A stretch of 64,000 bases of DNA. Source: Eledone cirrhosa (taxonomy: Eukaryota). Shown here piece after piece: positions 58,911 through 64,000 of the stretch (positions within the stretch are counted from its first letter, which is position 1; the number at the start of each line of letters is the position of its first letter). Position numbers and translations under genes: made by a program. Where the stretch lies: the NCBI GenBank assembly GCA_964016885.1, contig OZ024744.1:104160001-104224000 (forward strand). Direction: 5' to 3'. The notes below the pieces were generated by a model, which did no database searches, was not told the origin of the DNA, and saw only the letters and a program-made list of their open reading frames with translations.

Positions 58911-61900
58911 TATAACAGTTGAAGGTAGACGCTGTCTAGAGGTATATAGGAAGGGATAGCTTACAGAATATGGTTTATAACAGTTGAAGGTAGACTGTCT
59001 AGTGATGTATAGGAAGGGATAGCTCACAGAATATGGTTTGTAACAGTTGAAGGTAGACTCTGTCTAGAGGTATATAGGAAGGGATAGCTCACAGAATATG
59101 GTTTATAAGAGTTGCAGGTAGACTGTATAGAGGTGTAGGGGAAGGGATAACTTACATAATATGGTTTATAACAATTTAAGGTAGACTGTCTAGAGGTATA
59201 TAGGTAGGGATAGCTCACAGAATATGGTTTATAACAGTTGAAGGTAGACTGTCTAGAGATCTATAGGAAGGGATAGCTCACAGAATATGGTTTATAACAG
59301 TTGAAAGTAGACTGTCTAGAGGTGTAGGGGAAGGGATAACTTACATAATATGGTTTATAACAGTTTCAGGTAGACTGTCTAGAGGTATATAGGAAGGGAT
59401 AGCTGACAGGATATGGTTTATAACAGTTGAAGGTAGAATGTCGAGAGATATATAGGTTGGGATAGCTTACAATATAAGGTTTATAACAGTTGAAAGTAGA
59501 CTGTCTAGAGATATACAGGAAGGGATAGCTGACAGAATATGGTTTATAACAGTTGAAGGTAGACTCTGTCTAGAGATATATAGGAAGGGATAGCTCACAG
59601 AATATGGTTTATGACAGTTGAAGGTAGACTGTCTAGAGGTATATAGGAAGGGATAGCTCACAGAATATGGTTTATGACAGTTGAAGGTAGACTGTCTAGA
59701 GGTATATAGGAAGGGATAGCTCACAGAATATGGTTTATAACAGTTGAAGGTAGACTGTCTAGAGGTATATAGGAAGGGATAGCTCACAGAATATGGTTTA
59801 TAACAGTTGAAGGTAGAATGTTTAGAGATATATAGGATGGGATAGCTTACAGAATATGGTTTATAACAGTTGAAGGTAGACTGTCTAGAGGTATATAGGA
59901 TGGGATAGCTCACAGAATATGGTTTATAACAGTTGAAGGTAGAATGTCTAGAGATATATAGGATGGGATAGGTTTCAGAATATGGTTTATAACAGTTGAA
60001 GGTAGACTGTCTAGAGATATATAGGAAGGGATAGCTCACAGATTATGGTTTATAACAGTTGAAAGTAGAATGTGTAGAGATGTATAGGAAGGGATAGCTC
60101 ACAGAATATGGTTTATAACAGTTGAAGGTAGACTGTCTAGAGATGTATAGGAAGGGATAGCTTACAGAATATGGTTTAAAACAGTTGAAGGTAGACTGTC
60201 TAGAGATGTATATGGTGGGATAGGTTACAGAATATGGTTTATAACAGTTGAAGGTAGACTGTCTAGAGGTATATAGGAAGGGATAGCTTACAGAATATGG
60301 TTTATAACAGTTGAAGGTAGACTGTCTAGAGGTATATAGGAAGGGATAGCTCACAGAATATGGTTTATAACAGTTGAAGGTAGACTGTCTAGAGATGTAT
60401 AGGAATGGATAGCTCACAGAATATGGTTTATAACAGTTGAAGGTAGACTGTCTAGAGGTGTAGGGGAAGGGATAACTTACAGAATATGGTTTATAACAGT
60501 TGAAGGTAGACTGTCTAGTGATGTATAGGAAGGGATAGCTCACAGAATATGGTTTATAACAGTTGAAGGTAGACTCTGTCTAGAGGTATATAGGAAGGGA
60601 TAGCTCACAGAATATGGTTTATAACAGTTGAAGTTAGAATGTCTAGAGATCTATAGGAAGGGATAGCTCACAGAATATGGTTTATAACAGTTGAAGGTAG
60701 ACTGTCTAGAGGTGTAGGGGAAGGGATAACTTACATAATATTGTTTATAACAGATTAAGGTAGACTGTCTAGAGGTATATAGGAAGGGATAGCTTACAGA
60801 ATAAGGTTTATAACAGTTGAAGGTAGACTGTTTTGTGGTATATAGTAAGGGATAGCTCCCAGAATATGGTTTATAACAGTTGAAGGTAGACTCTGTCTAG
60901 AGGAATATAGGAAGGGATTGCTTACAGAATATGGTTTATAACAGTTGAAGGTAGACCGTCTAGAGGTATATAGGATGGGATAGCTCACAGGATATGGTTT
61001 ATAACAGTTGAAAGTAGAATGTCTAGAGATATTGAGGAAGGGATAGCTCACAGAATATGGTTCATAACAGTTGAAGGTAGACTCTGTCTAGAGGTGTCGA
61101 GGAAGGGATAGCTTACAGTATATGGTTTATAACAGTTGAAGGTAGACTCTGTCCAGAGATGTATAGGAAGAGATAGCTCACAGAATATGGTTTATAACAG
61201 TTGAAGGTAGACTGTCTAGAGATATATAGGAAGGGATAGCTCACAGAATATGGTTTATAACAGTTGAAGGTAGACTCTGTCTAGAGGTATATAGGAAGGG
61301 ATAGCTTACAGAATATGGTTTATAACAGTTGAAGGTAGACTGTCTAGAGTTATATAGGAAGGGATAGCTTACAGAATATGGTTTATAACAGTTGAAGGTA
61401 GACTGTCTAGAGATATATAGGAAGGGATAGCTTACAGAATATGGTTTATAACAGTTGAAGGTAGACTGTCTAGAGATATATAGGAAGGGATAGCTCACAG
61501 AATATGGTTTATAACAGTTGAAGTTAGACTGTCTAGAGATATATAGGAAGGGATAGCTTACAGGATATGGTTTATAACAGCTGAAGGTAGACTTTCTACA
61601 GATATATAGGAAGGGATAGCTCACAGAATATGGTTTATAACAGTTGAAGGTAGACTGTCTAGAGGTATATAGGAAGGGATAGCTCACAGAATATGGTTTA
61701 TAACAGCTGAAGGTAGACTGTCTAGAGGTATATAGGAAGGGATAGCTTACAGAATATGGTTTATAACAGCTGAAGGTAGACTGTCTAGAGGTATATAGGA
61801 AGGGATAGCTCACAGAATATGGTTTATAATAGTTGAAGTTAGACTGTCTGCAGATGTACAGGAAGGGATAGCTCACAGAATATGCAAATGAACCTCTCCA

Positions 61901-61915
61901 ACATGTAGTATGCAG

Positions 61916-62160
61916 TAATAATAATAAAAATAATAATAATGAAATTAATGTGTAAAGTGCTCAGGTGCACTTCAACTTGTCAAAGGTGCATGTGTAGTAC
62001 ATAGAATTATATATAAATGTCAGGGAAGTGAACAGTGTATGAGTCATGATATACATGTGTGCATGTGTGTGGAGGGGGAACATTAGGTGTAGTGTTGGCG
62101 AATCTTGGGAAGCATGGAGGTTTTAAAGGATGCAGAGTCTCGACAGCTAACAACTGATGT
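61916..62160 (-). mobile_element. 5'-truncated non-LTR retrotransposon 3' end (CR1/L2-group-like): last ORF2 codons, 3' UTR and (TTA)n tail
   Basis: The minus strand from 62160 to 62083 reads TSVVSCRDSASFKTSMLPKIRQHYT*, resembling the CR1-group ORF2 C-terminal 'VV...S..SFK..L' motif. About 140 bp of UTR follows, then a (TTA)n-type tail (AATAATAAT on + at 61916-61940). Family call is from recall, not a search. Confidence 0.65.
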
Positions 62161-62449
62161 GTTAGTATGTTATAATGTGTTAGTATGTAGTAATGTGTTA
62201 GTATGTGGTAGTGTGTTAGTATGTAGTAATGTGTTAGTATGTTGTAGTGTGTTAGTATGTTATAATGTATTAGTATGTTGTAATCTGTTAGTATGTAGTA
62301 ATGTGTTAGTATGTTGTAGTGTGTTAGTATGTTATAATGTATTAGTATGTTGTAGTGTGTTAGTATGTAGTAATGTGTTAGTATGTTGTAGTGTGTTAGT
62401 ATGTAGTAATGTGTTAGTATGTAGTAATGTTGTAGCATGTTATAATGTG
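62157..62449. repeat. 18-bp minisatellite, ~16 copies (GTGTTAGTATG + TTATAAT/TAGTAAT/TTGTAGT)
   Basis: GTTAGTATG recurs every 18 bp. It produces the spurious THYNIL and VLVCSN hexapeptide ORFs. Confidence 0.97.
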
Positions 62450-62555
62450 ATGTAGTGTACCGTTGTATTGAAGTGAGATGTTGATATGGTGACAATTGTT
62501 TCAGTGAACATTATGCAACTACTATCTAAATAGTTTTAATACTTCTTTATTGTAG

Positions 62556-62662
62556 GAGGTAAAAGTTTGGGATGTTTTAACTGGAGCCTTTATCTCCCAG
62601 TTTGGCCATGCACATGGAGAAAAGTCTATCACTTGTATGAATTTTGATGAAAGTTTGAGAAG
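62556..62662 (+). CDS. Internal coding exon (107 bp, phase 0 to phase 2) of a WD40-repeat protein, most like the WDR49/WDR95/WDY-type (EF-hand/WD, ciliary/testis) family
   Basis: Acceptor ACTTCTTTATTGTAG ends at 62555 and donor AG|GTATGA starts at 62663. The stop-free translation is EVKVWDVLTGAFISQFGHAHGEKSITCMNFDESLR(R), which has the VKVWD end of one WD repeat, then AHG..ITCM.FD...RR starting the next. It has no start or stop codon. Subfamily call is from recall. Confidence 0.88.
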
Positions 62663-62732
62663 GTATGAATCACCATTTACAAACTCTGTCTATTCTGTTT
62701 ATATCTCTTAACATTTATCAATTGTATCTACA

Positions 62733-63049
62733 GGAGGCACATGGCTTAGTGGTTAGAGCATTGGCCTTGCAATCGAAAGGTTGTGAGTTCAATTCTCAGA
62801 CCGGGTGATGTGTTGTTTCCTTGAGCAAGACACTTTATTTCACATTGCTCCAGTTTACTCAGCTGTAGAAATGAGATGATAGGGACTGGGGTCCCTATCA
62901 TTCCACTGCAAAGTGGTCGTGGAGGTGCCACGGCAAAAAAGCACCCAGTACTAAATGGCATTCAGCTGTAGAAATCAAGCCAGCATCAGTTCCCGTCCCA
63001 CCCTTGTAGGCAGGGAAAAAGCGGACGTAAAATGAAATGATGATGATGA
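62733..63049 (+). mobile_element. tRNA-derived SINE with (ATG)n tail, resembling octopus SINE families
   Basis: Pol III A box TGGCTTAGTGG (62742-62752) and B box GTTCAATTC (62787-62795). A central CCTTGAGCAAGACACTT motif of the kind seen in conserved SINE central domains is present. The 3' end is GGACGTAAAATGAAATGATGATGATGA. Confidence 0.88.
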
Positions 63050-63188
63050 GGCAATGTGTTTCTAGTCAATATTGGTAAATTAAATCTATTAATTCAATAT
63101 TTATTGATTATATTTACCTAGTCAACATATATAAACTCTACTTATCTTGCTTTACACTGCACCTATGCAATTAACATAGGTAGATTAA

Positions 63189-63358
63189 CTCTTAACATCC
63201 TGTAATGATTTGTCAGAAGATATCTAAAAACAGGTTTGTTAGTTCAAATGTTTATAGTATCTTTACTGGTGGACAGATTGTTGTGAAAAGTCACAGTATT
63301 AGAATAAAGACTTTAATATCTAATTAATGTGGTTTCATGTGGTACAGGATGTTAAGAG
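63189..63358. mobile_element. 170-bp MITE with perfect 16-bp TIRs, flanked by TTAA (piggyBac-like)
   Basis: TTAA(63185-63188)|CTCTTAACATCCTGTA(63189-63204) ... TACAGGATGTTAAGAG(63343-63358)|TTAA(63359-63362). The arms are exact reverse complements and the interior is AT-rich with no ORF. Confidence 0.8.
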
Positions 63359-63376
63359 TTAATTATCTAGAAAACA

Positions 63377-63712
63377 TTTATTGACTGCATATATCCACCT
63401 TCAGTGACTATAGCCTTGACGAGGAGGAGTTGATGTCATTAGACAGTGTTCAACTTTAATTGTGTGTTAGACCCTGGATCATAACACATTCTCAGTGGGC
63501 TGGCAGTGATGGCCAAATCACTTCTAATCTCCCCCTGGCTTCTAGCTTAACTCATCTCTTCTGATCTTTTTGATGTCTTCCCCATCTTGCAAGCTGTTGC
63601 TTTCTCCTTGTCATTGTAATGCCAAAGAACATTCTCCATACTGATTCAGTTGGGAGTCCTCTGCAGCCCACCTCAACTGGAAATAACCACACTTTCCTTA
63701 CACTATTGCACA
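63377..63712 (-). mobile_element. Decayed 3' end of a restriction-like-endonuclease non-LTR retrotransposon (HERO-clade-like)
   Basis: The minus-strand ORF 63552-63785 contains KVWLFPVEVGCRGLPTESVWRMFFGIT, matching the 'W.FPVEVGCRGF...S.WR...LGI.G' C-terminal RLE motif. It is followed by frameshifted sequence, a 3' UTR and AATAAA (TTTATT on + at 63377-63382). Confidence 0.72.
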
Positions 63713-63777
63713 ATATTAGTAAAGAGGGATTGGATAAGCTACAATTTGTATATTTATTCAAATATTTATCAATATAT

Positions 63778-64000
63778 TCTATCAACAGGTATACCCTGTA
63801 CCTGTATATCTCATCAACAGGTATACCCTATACCTGTATATCTAATCAACAGGTATACCCTGTATATCCAATCGACAGGTATACCCTGTATCTCTATATC
63901 TAATCAACAGCTATACCCTGTATATCTAATCAACAGGTATACCCTGTATATCTAATCAACAAGTATACCCTGTATCTCTATATCTAATCAACAAGTATAC
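63778..64000. repeat. 26/32-bp minisatellite (AATCAACAGGTATACCCTGTATATCT with optional 6-bp insert), runs off the right edge
   Basis: ATCAACAGGTATACCCTGTA recurs about 8 times at 26- or 32-bp spacing. Confidence 0.95.

Larger units (their letters stand above)
1..61884. repeat. 63-bp tandem satellite array, ~980 monomers, runs off the left edge of the window
   Basis: GGTTTATAACAGTTGAAGGTAGACTGTCTAGAG...GGAAGGGATAGCTCACAGAATAT recurs every 63 bp (65 bp with a 2-nt insertion, occasionally 61-62 bp) in one orientation with no intervening unique sequence. It ends abruptly at ...GCTCACAGAATATG (61884). Copy number is estimated as length divided by ~63. Confidence 0.99.

Noticed and set aside
2051-61876. 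About 100 minus-strand 'MSYPFLYISRQSTFNCYKPY' ORFs as a protein-coding gene family
   Set aside because: They are an artefact of a 21-codon period. Starts are non-ATG, ends are set by sporadic 2-nt indels and stop-creating variants, and there is no unique N- or C-terminal domain.
1-61884. CRISPR array or repeat-spacer system
   Set aside because: The whole 63-bp unit repeats. The variable parts are point variants of one sequence rather than unique spacers, there are no cas genes, and the context is eukaryotic (spliceosomal exon, SINE).
1-61884. Telomeric repeat, rDNA/5S or snRNA tandem gene array, or G-quadruplex array
   Set aside because: There are no TTAGGG tracts and no recognisable structural-RNA sequence or Pol III boxes in the monomer. 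The consensus has only one GGG run per 63 bp, too sparse for a canonical G4.
62007-62495. THYNIL-repeat ORF (162 aa, minus) and VLVCSN-repeat ORF (116 aa, plus)
   Set aside because: Both are translations of the 18-bp minisatellite plus out-of-frame LINE sequence.
62733-62805. Functional tRNA gene
   Set aside because: A and B boxes are present but I cannot form a proper acceptor stem or cloverleaf, and the sequence continues into a SINE body and (ATG)n tail.
62746-62961. 71-aa minus-strand ORF
   Set aside because: It is an antisense reading of the SINE with no protein features.
63619-63955. Plus-strand 94-aa and 101-aa ORFs
   Set aside because: They are antisense to the retrotransposon relic and run into the 26/32-bp minisatellite.

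Overview
Eukaryotic (non-prokaryotic) DNA, probably from a mollusc/octopus genome; that assignment is inferred from my recollection of the SINE and LINE 3' ends, not from a search. Positions 1-61884 are one uninterrupted head-to-tail 63-bp satellite of roughly 980 monomers (consensus ACAGAATATGGTTTATAACAGTTGAAGGTAGACTGTCTAGAGATATATAGGAAGGGATAGCTC). It is organised as nested, irregular higher-order duplications with periods of 126, 252, 693, 1268, 1451, 1711, 1956, 2662, 3857, 5443 and 9170 bp. The ~100 'SYPFLYISRQSTFNCYKPY' ORFs are a by-product of 63 bp equalling 21 codons. The last 2.1 kb holds a CR1/L2-type LINE 3' end, an 18-bp minisatellite, one internal 107-bp WD40-protein exon that the ORF track missed (+ strand, WDR49/WDR95/WDY-like), a tRNA-derived SINE, a TTAA-flanked MITE, a HERO-like RLE retrotransposon remnant and a 26/32-bp minisatellite. 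The main inference is that the >62-kb satellite lies inside one giant intron of that WD40 gene.
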